Positions 48,696 through 58,804 of a stretch of DNA of 64,000 bases are shown piece by piece (within the stretch, counting starts at the first letter, position 1; each line of letters starts with the position of its first letter). The position numbers and the translations under genes were made by a program. Origin of the DNA: an uncultured Alphaproteobacteria bacterium (GTDB lineage Bacteria > Pseudomonadota > Alphaproteobacteria > Rs-D84). The stretch is from assembly GCA_905234185.1 (NCBI GenBank), contig CAJOGC010000001.1, positions 31,765-95,764 of the forward strand, read 5' to 3'. Below the pieces are notes generated by a model. That model did not search any database and had not been told where the DNA came from. It saw nothing but the letters and a program-made list of their open reading frames with translations.

Positions 48696-50270
48696 TCACT
48701 CTTCCACTTCAATACTATCAATATAGGTCTGTTTTACCGGTGCCAATTTTACAGGTTTGTAATTTTCAGCGACAATCGGGTCACGGTCGTCTTCGGGCAA
48801 GACTGTCACGACATCGACCAGTTGCGCATTTGTTTGCGCGGTCATATTTGCGCCATATGTTTTTGATTTATATTTCCCGCGCAGCCGTTCCGGTATCGTG
48901 ATATAGTTCATCGGGTTCACACCGCGTGTTTGCAGTGACAATTCGCCCATTGGCGTAATATGACGCTGTTCAATATTATAAAGTGGTGTCATAAAGTCCG
49001 TTACGGCTTCCCTTACAACTTTGATTTCCCCATCACCAGTCAGTTGCATAATGCGCAATGCGCGTTCACTTTCGCCGGTCGGACGCAAACGCACCGCCCC
49101 ATCGTTTCCCGTGTATCCCGACGGGTCCAACAAATATGCCGCGTTTAATTTATCGGAATACATCATACCAATTGCCATGTTTGTTGCATCATAACCAAAC
49201 GAAGCCAAACGATTCGGTTTTGCCCCCGCAACGCGTTCATATTTTGAAACAAACATTTCATTTATTTCCGGCAACGCGGCATATTTTGCACCCGACAAAG
49301 TTATGTCCAGCGCAATATCCGCGCCGTCCCACATTGCCGTTCCATACATTTTTGCATCGTGCGCCCCCACCCCGAAATAGCGCAAGAACGATGCCAACGA
49401 TTTCGTATCGTCACCCGTTCCCAGGAACAAAACCGCATCATACGGCAAATCACCAATCACATCATTCTTAGATAACTTATCCAACTGGCGAATAATGGAC
49501 GAACGTTCGATTGACGTTAAACTTTCATTGGTTAAAACATCTGATAAAATCTCACGCGCCCGTGTGTGTGCCGCAGTCCGCGCCACATTCATTGTTGCCA
49601 ATTGTGTTGCAGACTTAATCGAATCCGAATCTTTTTCAACATAGAAAAATACACCGACCAATGGCACATTATATGCATCCGCCGCCGCACGTGCCGCCCC
49701 CGCCAGTAAATGTCCTGTTTCGGTATCCGGTGCCAAGATTATGAAATTGTGCACCTTGTCCGTCTGCATCTCACGAACTATTGCCTCTACACTATTCGTC
49801 GGCATTAATGCCATTGTCATAACGCCATCACCAACCGCCGTTGCATCCGAAGTAAACGATAACACCGGCAGCCCCATCGGCTTTAATTCCCGCACCGTGC
49901 GCGCATCATTCGCGAACAATGGCCCGACAATGATTTCCGGGTCTGAATTCAATGCATCATTAATGGCGTCCGCCCCACGCGCCGAATCAAAGAAAGACAC
50001 ATTCAGGTTTTTCGCCCCGGTTTCCAACACCGCCATTTCAACAGATGTTCGTATGCCGCGTCCCGCAACCGCCGCATCACCCGACGATGGCAACAACACC
50101 GCCATACGGTGCGATGATGAATCGGTAAATGTTCCGTACATTGCCGCCGGCGTTGTTGTTGCATCATTTTGTTCCACCGACCAGCGCCCCCCAACACCAC
50201 CACAGGCCGCCAACAACCCACAAAGTGCTAAATATCCGAAAATATTTTTTATATGCATTGAAAAATCCAT
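48696..50270 (-). CDS. periplasmic binding-protein-fold lipoprotein (LpoA / penicillin-binding-protein-activator-like)
   Basis: 524 aa with a lipobox-like N-terminus (…LLAACGG) and a type-1 PBP (LivK-like) fold pattern. The assignment is tentative. Confidence 0.45.
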   Translation of the reverse strand: MDFSMHIKNIFGYLALCGLLAACGGVGGRWSVEQNDATTTPAAMYGTFTDSSSHRMAVLLPSSGDAAVAGRGIRTSVEMAVLETGAKNLNVSFFDSARGADAINDALNSDPEIIVGPLFANDARTVRELKPMGLPVLSFTSDATAVGDGVMTMALMPTNSVEAIVREMQTDKVHNFIILAPDTETGHLLAGAARAAADAYNVPLVGVFFYVEKDSDSIKSATQLATMNVARTAAHTRAREILSDVLTNESLTSIERSSIIRQLDKLSKNDVIGDLPYDAVLFLGTGDDTKSLASFLRYFGVGAHDAKMYGTAMWDGADIALDITLSGAKYAALPEINEMFVSKYERVAGAKPNRLASFGYDATNMAIGMMYSDKLNAAYLLDPSGYTGNDGAVRLRPTGESERALRIMQLTGDGEIKVVREAVTDFMTPLYNIEQRHITPMGELSLQTRGVNPMNYITIPERLRGKYKSKTYGANMTAQTNAQLVDVVTVLPEDDRDPIVAENYKPVKLAPVKQTYIDSIEVEE

Positions 50271-50306
50271 TTATTTCTGTATTATTTTACTATAAAGGAT
50301 ATAAAA

Positions 50307-51107
50307 ATGCAATCGGGGCTTTATATTGTTGGAACACCTATTGGAAACCTGGGCGATATGTCGCCACGTGCGGTTGAGATTCTGCGCAGTGTTGATTTAA
50401 TTGCCGCCGAAGACACACGCGTATTCGGTAAACTGGCATCGCATTTTGATATAAAAACCAAACGCATATCGCACCACGACCACAACGAACGCGATATTGT
50501 CCCTGATCTGATTGAAAAATTGCGTAACGGCGAATCAATCGCGGTGGTAAGTGACGCCGGCATGCCGGGAATCAGCGACCCCGGATTTCGCCTTGTGCGC
50601 ACCGCCCGCGCAGAAAAAATTCCGGTATTTGTCGTTCCCGGTCCAACCGCGGTAATTTCTGCACTGGTTTTGTCTGGATTTCCAACCGACCGATTTACAT
50701 TTTGCGGTTTCTATGATCCAAAGAAAATTCACGATGACAACCGTATTCGCCACACTATAATTTATTATGAAAGTCCAAACCGAATAATGGACACAATTGC
50801 CGATTTAGCACGCGTAATGCCCGAACGACAAATTGCGATTGTTCGTGAAATAACCAAAATTCACGAAGAAACGATTATCGGATATCCGGCGGATTTAATG
50901 CATATAGAGCCGCCACGTGGCGAAATTGTAATTGTTATCGCGCCCGCCCCCGAACATAAAATGTCGGACAGTGAAATTACAGAAATTGTTAATGATATTG
51001 CGTCCGCATCCACTAAATCGGCGGCGGTCGACTTGGCGCGCCGCACCGGTATATCAAAAAAAGAGGCATACAAACGCATGTTAAATCATGGGGGCGACAA
51101 TGATTAA
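50307..51107 (+). CDS. rsmI: 16S rRNA (cytidine1402-2'-O)-methyltransferase
   Basis: 266 aa with the tetrapyrrole-methylase fold (LYIVGTPIGNLGDMSPRAVEIL…AAEDTR). Confidence 0.85.
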   Translation: MQSGLYIVGTPIGNLGDMSPRAVEILRSVDLIAAEDTRVFGKLASHFDIKTKRISHHDHNERDIVPDLIEKLRNGESIAVVSDAGMPGISDPGFRLVRTARAEKIPVFVVPGPTAVISALVLSGFPTDRFTFCGFYDPKKIHDDNRIRHTIIYYESPNRIMDTIADLARVMPERQIAIVREITKIHEETIIGYPADLMHIEPPRGEIVIVIAPAPEHKMSDSEITEIVNDIASASTKSAAVDLARRTGISKKEAYKRMLNHGGDND

Positions 51108-51654
51108 GTTTGTGGGCGGTTTTGATACTGTTAAATCTTTACCCAAAACACAGTTTGCCGAATACGCCTTTGTCGGGCGCAGCAATGTTGGCAAATCTTC
51201 ATTAATAAACGCGATTGTCGGCGAAAAGATTGCACGCACATCAAACACCCCGGGGCGCACCCAGACATTAAACCTGTTCAATATAGACGACCGTGTAATG
51301 ATTGTTGACCTGCCCGGCTATGGCTATGCCCGTATTTCCAAGGTCGATGCTCTGCGTTGGTTGGAAAGACTGGAAGAATATTTAACCACCCGCCGACAAC
51401 TAAAAAGATTGTTCGTTTTGATTGATTCACGAATTGGTCCACGCGATTCTGATTTGGAATTAATGGAATTCTGTGACGAAAATGCGATTCAATATCAAAT
51501 TGTTTATACCAAGACGGACAAACGCATTCGCGAAAAGAATCAATTGAAAATCGAACATATTCATCACGGTGCAATGGTATCCGACATAATTGAAACATCG
51601 GCTGAAAAGAAAACCGGCATTGAAAGTCTAAGGAAAATCATTGGTATCAAATAA
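51088..51654 (+). CDS. engB: ribosome biogenesis GTP-binding protein YihA/EngB
   Basis: G1 GRSNVGKSSLIN, G3 DLPGYG, G4 TKTDK. Confidence 0.85.
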   Translation: MGATMIKFVGGFDTVKSLPKTQFAEYAFVGRSNVGKSSLINAIVGEKIARTSNTPGRTQTLNLFNIDDRVMIVDLPGYGYARISKVDALRWLERLEEYLTTRRQLKRLFVLIDSRIGPRDSDLELMEFCDENAIQYQIVYTKTDKRIREKNQLKIEHIHHGAMVSDIIETSAEKKTGIESLRKIIGIK

Positions 51655-54190
51655 GAATATTTTTACCGCATCAAATCCGGCGCGTATGTTGGACGCCCTG
51701 TGGAAAACCATTGAGGCATCGGGTGTGCCACTGGAATCAACATTGATTTTTTTACCAAGTCGCCGCGCAGTTCGCACTGTGGAACAAATGCTGGTCCAAA
51801 AACACGGGCATGCAATAATATTGCCACACCTGGTTGCACTTGGCGAAGGTGTTGATGAAACAGATGAATATGAACCCGCACAAACGGACACTATTTCAAA
51901 CACAGAACGCGTTGTTATACTCGCTAAGATATTATCAATGGATGCCAATATTGGAAACATATCGACCGCGCTGCCCGTGGCACACGATTTAATTCGTATG
52001 ACAGACTATCTCGAAAACGAAGGGATAGATATTGCAAAAATTAATTGGTCCGAATTAATCGATGAAAAATATTCTGAACATTTTCGTGGCAAGGCGCAGA
52101 TACTTGAAATATTATCTAAAAATATGCCCGCAATTACCCACAATCGCATGACAACAACGGCAAAACGTAATGCGGACATTCGTGAATGGATTTCGTTTTT
52201 ACAATCAAGAAACAATAAATACAAATCTGTAATTGTCTGTGGTTCCACCGCCAGTGTTCCCGCAACCGCGGATTTAATGGTGGCCATTGCTGAATTGCCT
52301 TTTGGTAAAATTATACTGTCCGGAAAAATCGCTGGACGCGAAAAAGACTTTGTTCTGCCAACCAATCCATATTATTCCGAATACAAATTCCTGACACGTA
52401 TCGGATGCACACCGTCCCATATCCAACCCATTGATGTCGGCCAATCTGACACTATTGATTTTATGAACGCGGCATTTGGCAATGATCCAACTAAGCCAAA
52501 TAATCCGGATGCGGTTTCTCATTGTCATTTAATAGAATGCGATCGCGAAAGTGTTGAAGCGTGCGCTGTTGCGGAAATCACTGCACGCGCAATCAAAGGC
52601 AATAAATCTGTTTTGGTAATAACGCCCGATGCCGCCGGGAACCAACGAATTGCCGCCGCGTTTGCTGCGCAAAACATACCGGCCGATTTTTCGGGTGGAA
52701 CACCAGCAACGATGCATCCTGTGGGACGCGCAATATTGAATTTATTTGATGATTGGATTGAAAAGAAATCAAATACATTCAACGAAATCTATACTGCGGA
52801 AAACCACAATTTATTTACAACAATTGTCAAATTAGTAGATGCGCGTCGTGATATTTGGGCACCGCAATTTAATCCAACGGACGAAACAAACATGCCCATA
52901 TGGACAGCAATCCGCGACATGTCAAACGCACTAATCAATAATGGAATCGAACTAAATGTGATGGATGCGCGCGCATTTATTGCGGACACATTATCTGGTG
53001 TTGTCATACGCGCAATCCCGGCAAACAATGTACATACATGCGTATTGGGGACAATAGAATCGCGCATGCAAACGGCCGATGTTGTGATCTTAACAGGTCT
53101 TAACGATGGAATGTTTCCATCGCGCGGATATGAAAATTCATGGTTGCCACGAAATATATCTGAAAAGATAGGTTTGCCGTCACCAGACCGAAAAGTATCA
53201 TTGATGTCACTTGACTTTATGAATTTGTCATGTGGGGCGGATGTATATTGGTTGCGCAGCAAAATATCTGGTGGAATTAAAACACCTGAATCACGCTTTC
53301 TTTCGCGTGTTGCGGCGCGTGGCGGAAATTTTGATACAAATGTTGCATCCGACATATTGTCTGTTGTCCACGAACAAGATGATGTTGAATTACAACCATT
53401 AAATTATTCTGCCCCGACACCACCCGCCGATTGGACGGACGTTTATGTCACAGAACTAGAATTACTTATACACAATCCATATGCATTTTATGCCCGCCAT
53501 ATATTACGGCTGTATCCGATTGATGATTATTGGGCCGAACCAGACGCCCGCCGTTTTGGTGATTTAGTTCACGATGTGGCTAAAAACGCAAAACCATGTG
53601 ATACCACCGAAACACTTGTTTCGCGCATGGATTCGATGGCACATGATATATTGGGAACAAACGGTGTGCTGTTTCATTTTTGGCACAAACGTTTTCTTGA
53701 AATTGCCCCATTTATCTTAGACGAAGTAAAAGCAACCCCAGATGCAGACTGTGAAATACCAGGCGAAGTCAAAATCCCCGTTGGCGATACCGGCGCAACC
53801 CGCACCGTTCGTGCACGCGCAGACCGCATTACAGACGGCGTTGTTATGGATATAAAAACGGGTGGCGCACCAACAAAATCGCAATTAATGGACGGCAATA
53901 TGCCACAATTACCACTAGAAGCATTCATGTTGCAATCTGGTGGATTCAAAATATCAACAACCATACGCAGCAAAACACCAATTATGGTATTTTTGCAATT
54001 ACGCAATAACGATGTCGCGCGAATTGAATATGATGCCGAAACAACACAACAAATGATTGATGCCGCCGTGGAAAAAACAACCGCATTATTTAATATGTAC
54101 ACGGCCGGAAACGCGCCATACGAATATCACGAAACCGGTGACATTCGGTACAAAGTGTACGATGATCTTGCACGAATTGACGATTTATAA
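51641..54190 (+). CDS. addB: double-strand break repair protein AddB (alphaproteobacterial type, PD-(D/E)XK nuclease C-terminus)
   Basis: 849 aa. The C-terminal nuclease motif is …RADRITDGVVMDIKTGGAPT… (D…D-x-K-T-G). It is inactive-helicase-like N-terminally. No addA follows it within the window. Confidence 0.7.
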   Translation: MVSNKNIFTASNPARMLDALWKTIEASGVPLESTLIFLPSRRAVRTVEQMLVQKHGHAIILPHLVALGEGVDETDEYEPAQTDTISNTERVVILAKILSMDANIGNISTALPVAHDLIRMTDYLENEGIDIAKINWSELIDEKYSEHFRGKAQILEILSKNMPAITHNRMTTTAKRNADIREWISFLQSRNNKYKSVIVCGSTASVPATADLMVAIAELPFGKIILSGKIAGREKDFVLPTNPYYSEYKFLTRIGCTPSHIQPIDVGQSDTIDFMNAAFGNDPTKPNNPDAVSHCHLIECDRESVEACAVAEITARAIKGNKSVLVITPDAAGNQRIAAAFAAQNIPADFSGGTPATMHPVGRAILNLFDDWIEKKSNTFNEIYTAENHNLFTTIVKLVDARRDIWAPQFNPTDETNMPIWTAIRDMSNALINNGIELNVMDARAFIADTLSGVVIRAIPANNVHTCVLGTIESRMQTADVVILTGLNDGMFPSRGYENSWLPRNISEKIGLPSPDRKVSLMSLDFMNLSCGADVYWLRSKISGGIKTPESRFLSRVAARGGNFDTNVASDILSVVHEQDDVELQPLNYSAPTPPADWTDVYVTELELLIHNPYAFYARHILRLYPIDDYWAEPDARRFGDLVHDVAKNAKPCDTTETLVSRMDSMAHDILGTNGVLFHFWHKRFLEIAPFILDEVKATPDADCEIPGEVKIPVGDTGATRTVRARADRITDGVVMDIKTGGAPTKSQLMDGNMPQLPLEAFMLQSGGFKISTTIRSKTPIMVFLQLRNNDVARIEYDAETTQQMIDAAVEKTTALFNMYTAGNAPYEYHETGDIRYKVYDDLARIDDL

Positions 54191-54198
54191 TATTCCGG

Positions 54199-54969
54199 TT
54201 ATTTCAATTTAAGCATCAAACCACAATGATCGGTCGGACGATTGGCCATGCGTGGGCACATATCTATTTCACAATTTGCAACCAGCGCACCCGCGGTCCG
54301 ATTACAAAGAAAATAATCCAAACGCAAACCCTGGCCATTGCCAACTGTATCACGCCCCCGATACCCATACCAAGTATACCCCGTATCATCCGGGTGTAAT
54401 TTACGCCACGCGTCCGTCCACCCCGAATTCAGCCACGACTGCATAATACTGCGTGCCGCCGGTGCCGCAATCGCAATACCCTCATAATTTTTCGGTTTCC
54501 AAACATCTCGATCTGTTAGTGCGACATTGAAATCCCCACCAATAATAACAGGTTCTTCGCTATCCAGATATCGGGCAATATATTCACCAAACGCACGCAT
54601 CCAATCCAATTTATATGGGAACTTTGGCGAATCAACCGTATCACCATTTGGCATATAAACATTTATTAGACGATATTGTCCATCGATTACACACTCTAAA
54701 AATCGGGCCGACGCATCGGCAAAATTAGGTAATCCGCGTGTCACATCTTCGATAGAAAAACGGGAAAAAACAGCAACCCCATTATAACTTTTCTGTCCAA
54801 AAACCTTGATATTATATCCATATTCATCAAACAAGTTATGCGGGAAAGACGCGTCTTCGACCTTTAATTCTTGGATCATAACCACATCATATTCGCCACC
54901 ACGCAAAATATCTAAAAAACTCTCTGCATGTGCCCGTATAGAATTGATATTTAATGTTAGTATTTTCAT
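54199..54969 (-). CDS. xth: exodeoxyribonuclease III
   Basis: 256 aa: MKILTLNINSIRA…, the EEP fold with …IQELK…, …GDFN… and a C-terminal …DHC… motif. Confidence 0.85.
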   Translation of the reverse strand: MKILTLNINSIRAHAESFLDILRGGEYDVVMIQELKVEDASFPHNLFDEYGYNIKVFGQKSYNGVAVFSRFSIEDVTRGLPNFADASARFLECVIDGQYRLINVYMPNGDTVDSPKFPYKLDWMRAFGEYIARYLDSEEPVIIGGDFNVALTDRDVWKPKNYEGIAIAAPAARSIMQSWLNSGWTDAWRKLHPDDTGYTWYGYRGRDTVGNGQGLRLDYFLCNRTAGALVANCEIDMCPRMANRPTDHCGLMLKLK

Positions 54970-55037
54970 GTTGGAAATCCATTTGATTATGTATTATAAT
55001 ACCCCCAACAGATTATTAAAAACAAGGATTTTATATC

Positions 55038-56618
55038 ATGAATATGTACAAGTTTTTGGAAAACACTGTTTCGCAGTTCCCAGATAGTTTATTTCTGGTT
55101 CGCGAAAAAGTCACATATGCCGATTTTATAGAATTGGTTAAAGCACGCGCCGCATCATTGCACAAAGCTGGTATTAAGTCGGGTGATGTCGTCGGTATTC
55201 TGTCACATAATATTCCAGAGTTCCCAATAACATTATTCGCAATTTGGTATTTGGGTGGTCGTGTATTGATGTTGGACACAAACCTAACACCATTTGAATA
55301 TGACAACATGACAAGCATCACAGATTGCCGTTTTGTTTGTGCTGAAGAATCATTTTTCTATAAAACGAAAAACTTTACATTTTATGACATTACCAAGAAA
55401 GACGGCAAACCAAATCCAGATTTGGAACCGGCTGCTGTTGAATCGTTGGATATCGCGACCCTGTCATTTACATCTGGTTCAACAGGAACACCGAAGATTG
55501 TACCATTAACACATTTTAATTTAATCGAGTGTGCGCATTCCTTGAAAGATATGCAGGAATACATTGAACAGGGATATTACATGTATGGTTTCTTGCCAAT
55601 GTATCACATTTTCGGATTTGCTGTGGAAATATTGGCAACAATCGAATATGGGTGTGGTGTAATTTTACAACCAAGCATAAACCCAAAATTACTTATGGCA
55701 GATTTTGCAGAATTCAAACCACAAATTATACCAGCGGTACCACGTTTGTACGAAATCATCCGCAATCGTATTATTGATCAATTGAAAGCGCGCCATTTGT
55801 GGTTATTTGCTTCGATTGTATTGAAATACGGTAAGTTTTTAGAAAAGATCGGCCTTGGGTTTCTGGTACGCAAAGTCCAAGATCCTGTTCGCAACATATT
55901 TGGTGGTCGTGTCACTTTGTTGATTGCTGGTGGTGCTGCGACAAAACCAGAGGTTGAAACATTCTATGAACGCCTTGGAATGCCATTTATTCAGGGTTAT
56001 GGTATGACAGAAACGGTTGGACCAATCTGTATTTCCAAACGAACAAAAAAACGTCTGCCTTTTGCATTTGGTGCACCAACCACAAATAACGAGGTTGATA
56101 TTCGCAATAAAGATGCTGATGGCATCGGTGTTTTGTGGGTTCGTGGGCACCAGGTGTTTGACGGTTATTTGAACAACCCAGAAGTCAATGCCCAGGTATT
56201 TGATGAACATGGGTTCTTTAATACCGGTGACTTGGTATCTATGGATAAAAACGGTGAATTACATTTTGCCGGACGTAAGAAACAAGTGATTGTTCTTGAT
56301 TCTGGTAAAAATGTTTATCCAGATGAATTGGAAGCACTGTTTATGAAAATACCAGGTGTAAAAAATGTCGCCGTATTTGAACATAGACAGGACAACAAGG
56401 CTGTTGCATATGCCGTATTCAGTGTTGAAGAAGGAATGACAATTGAAAAATTGGCCACAGCGGTTGCAAATGCGAATAAAAAACTTGCGTCCTATAAATG
56501 GGTCACACATTTCGCGATGACAACGGACGATTTACCAACGACCAGCACGCAAAAGGTCAAGCACCATGTCGTGCGCCAAAACTTGATTGATGGAAAATAT
56601 CCGATTCAGAAACAGTAA
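55038..56618 (+). CDS. AMP-dependent synthetase / long-chain acyl-CoA ligase
   Basis: 526 aa with the AMP-binding motif LSFTSGSTGTPKIV and the …YGMTE… and …GDL… motifs. Confidence 0.75.
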   Translation: MNMYKFLENTVSQFPDSLFLVREKVTYADFIELVKARAASLHKAGIKSGDVVGILSHNIPEFPITLFAIWYLGGRVLMLDTNLTPFEYDNMTSITDCRFVCAEESFFYKTKNFTFYDITKKDGKPNPDLEPAAVESLDIATLSFTSGSTGTPKIVPLTHFNLIECAHSLKDMQEYIEQGYYMYGFLPMYHIFGFAVEILATIEYGCGVILQPSINPKLLMADFAEFKPQIIPAVPRLYEIIRNRIIDQLKARHLWLFASIVLKYGKFLEKIGLGFLVRKVQDPVRNIFGGRVTLLIAGGAATKPEVETFYERLGMPFIQGYGMTETVGPICISKRTKKRLPFAFGAPTTNNEVDIRNKDADGIGVLWVRGHQVFDGYLNNPEVNAQVFDEHGFFNTGDLVSMDKNGELHFAGRKKQVIVLDSGKNVYPDELEALFMKIPGVKNVAVFEHRQDNKAVAYAVFSVEEGMTIEKLATAVANANKKLASYKWVTHFAMTTDDLPTTSTQKVKHHVVRQNLIDGKYPIQKQ

Positions 56619-56620
56619 AC

Positions 56621-56654
56621 AAAAAACCGACCATTTGGTCGGTTTTTATTTTTT
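56621..56654. terminator. bidirectional rho-independent terminator
   Basis: aaaaaaccgaccatttggtcggtttttatttttt lies between convergent genes. Confidence 0.65.
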
Positions 56655-56670
56655 CATCTTTTTTATCGTC

Positions 56671-57396
56671 CTATTCTATCACAAAACTGCGCGGATAATA
56701 ATCACTATAGAAACGTCCATCAGTGGCGGTGAATTTCAAAACACAATAGTTTGGATCGGCCACCCCGCCTGGATAATATTCTGTATCACCATCACGCCAA
56801 ATCATCTCTTTGGACTTTACATCCGTTAACACTTCCATTGTGCCACGCAACATAACCCCAATGAATTTTTCTGAATCACAGAAATATATACATGCTTTTG
56901 GATTCGCCCGGTAATGAGCCACACGCAAAGAAAAAGTATTGGTTGTAAAATAAAACACTCGTATGCCTTCACGAACGCGTGGCGACAACATCGCTTTGGT
57001 ACACGGGAACCCGTCTTGGTCAACCGATGATATAAATGTAATTGGCAATGTATCCGCCATCTTAGCGACAAGTTCTTTGACCCCTAACAAAGATGGATTT
57101 TCTGGCATATCATTTGAAATGGTTATTTGGCTGCGCCAACGTTTCAGATGCGGAAAATACATTTTCATTTGGCCGATATATTCTTCTTTTGTTATTGGGT
57201 GTTCCAGATTCTTATTAACTTCATCAATAAACCCCGCACAATGTTCTATCATTTCGTCCATAGTACAATCTTGGACAAATTTTCCGTTTTTATAACAATA
57301 AATACAATAATCTGAATTTTTGGAACCGTCCGCATTTGTTCCATAAAGCGATTCATCCGCCATCGGCATCGCACAACTTTGACAAACATGTGACAT
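56671..57396 (-). CDS. zinc-ribbon domain fused to a pyridoxamine-5'-phosphate-oxidase-like (split-barrel, FMN-binding) domain protein
   Basis: The N-terminus MSHVCQSCAMPM…YCIYCYKNGKF forms a 4-Cys ribbon. The C-terminal ~140 aa resemble the PNPOx-like general-stress-protein fold. Confidence 0.4.
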   Translation of the reverse strand: MSHVCQSCAMPMADESLYGTNADGSKNSDYCIYCYKNGKFVQDCTMDEMIEHCAGFIDEVNKNLEHPITKEEYIGQMKMYFPHLKRWRSQITISNDMPENPSLLGVKELVAKMADTLPITFISSVDQDGFPCTKAMLSPRVREGIRVFYFTTNTFSLRVAHYRANPKACIYFCDSEKFIGVMLRGTMEVLTDVKSKEMIWRDGDTEYYPGGVADPNYCVLKFTATDGRFYSDYYPRSFVIE

Positions 57397-57461
57397 ATTA
57401 TGACCCTTTTTATAATACGGGAAAAGTATATATTAGTGTATCAACCCGTGTCAATTTGTTC

Positions 57462-57490
57462 TTGTAAATTTTGTCTTTTTCTGATATAAT
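57462..57490 (+). promoter_or_regulatory. sigma70-like promoter upstream of the Mtd-N-like gene
   Basis: TTGTAA at 57462-57467, a 17-bp spacer and TATAAT at 57485-57490. It is followed by a leader hairpin gggacggtttagtcccg + tttttt at 57505-57527. Confidence 0.45.
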
Positions 57491-57563
57491 ATCGATCGCA
57501 CATGGGGACGGTTTAGTCCCGTTTTTTATTTCCAAATTTCAACAAAAACCAAAGGAAAACAAA

Positions 57564-58049
57564 ATGTCACGACAAATACAAATTCGGCGCGGCAGCGCGG
57601 CCGAACATAGCACGTTTACCGGTGCAATCGGTGAAATCACAATGGATACAACCAATAAAACACTGCGTGTACATGACGGTGAAACCGCGGGCGGAACTCC
57701 ACTTGCGCGTGCCGATGAATTAACAGACTTGGAATCCAGCATTACACAAAATGTAATGAAAAAGATTTTACCGGACTGGTCCGCCGTTGTTGATCAAAAC
57801 ATCAACACCGACTATACCGCGGCAAAGAATGGATACCTGTTGGTATATTATGACGATTACGACGCATCATCAACAATAACAATAAATGGATCAACATATA
57901 CAATAAATGCAATAGCCACTGCCCCGGCCGGCGCCAGCAGCGGTTCCATATGCATTCCTGTTGCGGCCGGTGACACATACAGATATTCACCGGCGCGTGC
58001 CATGGGAACAATTGCAACCTATATCAAATTTATTCCGTGCCAGGAATAG
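57564..58049 (+). CDS. small protein with an Mtd / phage tail-fibre N-terminal-like domain
   Basis: The start is taken at MSRQIQIRRGSAAEHSTFTGAIGEITMDTTNKTLRVHDGETAGGTPLARADEL…, with a Shine-Dalgarno aaagga 8 nt upstream. This closely parallels the N-terminal segment recalled for Bordetella phage BPP-1 Mtd (…FRGGTTAQH.TFTGA..EITVDTDK.T…VHDG.TAGG.PLA). That comparison is from memory. Total length about 162 aa. Confidence 0.5.
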   Translation: MSRQIQIRRGSAAEHSTFTGAIGEITMDTTNKTLRVHDGETAGGTPLARADELTDLESSITQNVMKKILPDWSAVVDQNINTDYTAAKNGYLLVYYDDYDASSTITINGSTYTINAIATAPAGASSGSICIPVAAGDTYRYSPARAMGTIATYIKFIPCQE

Positions 58050-58790
58050 TTATTTATTCATATAACTTGTGCGAATGCGATGCCGCATATCGTGAAACGG
58101 TATCAGTTTTATAAGAAACATTATAATTTTATGTCGCAGTGTTGTCCGCAACCGAAACTGGGCGAACAGTGGTGTAATAACCGCTGTGTCGCCTTCGGTT
58201 GTGGGACGCCCCAAATCATCAAAAGTTTTGGCGTGCACATTATATTTAACAATATTTGGTGCTAAATCCGTGCGAACAACGGACCGCTGATTTTCCATAT
58301 GTTCAATAATCATAAAATCTATGGTTTTTCCGAATTTTGCCGAAACCCGATTACACAGGTCAACAATCACATCGTTTGGTGTATTGTGCACCTGGGAAAA
58401 CCAGATTAATAAAATGCGAGATTTTTTATGCATATTATTTATAAAACGCGCAATACGGCGATTATACTTTTCGGTCACATCCGGCATTGATTCCAACAAA
58501 TTTTTCCCCGCCGGAAAATCATGATAATAATAAAAACCGTTCCGAATATTTTCATAATAATCGCATTTGTCATCGTTAAGGACATTTGGATCCTTGGGTA
58601 AAAACTTTATATCATCAATATTCAAGAAGTCAGCAAAATCAGTCAAAATAAGATTCATTCGTGTTTCAAACGACGCATTGGTCAGCCAATCGAACGGCCC
58701 CGATGTAATTCGCATTTTACATTTGTTCATATACATCGCGGTCGCACAATCACGCCCAATAGAATAAATAATATCATATGATTTATGCAT
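58050..58790 (-). CDS. DUF1796-like (putative papain-like) protein commonly found in glycan loci
   Basis: 246 aa with …IYSIGRDCATA… and …SGPFDW… motifs remembered from the DUF1796 family. Tentative. Confidence 0.35.
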   Translation of the reverse strand: MHKSYDIIYSIGRDCATAMYMNKCKMRITSGPFDWLTNASFETRMNLILTDFADFLNIDDIKFLPKDPNVLNDDKCDYYENIRNGFYYYHDFPAGKNLLESMPDVTEKYNRRIARFINNMHKKSRILLIWFSQVHNTPNDVIVDLCNRVSAKFGKTIDFMIIEHMENQRSVVRTDLAPNIVKYNVHAKTFDDLGRPTTEGDTAVITPLFAQFRLRTTLRHKIIMFLIKLIPFHDMRHRIRTSYMNK

Positions 58791-58804
58791 TGTTATTTTT
58801 CCTA

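Noticed and set aside
52789-53355. 188-aa ORF (and several 60-140-aa ORFs) antisense to addB
   Set aside because: They are embedded in addB. There is no start context and no domain signal.
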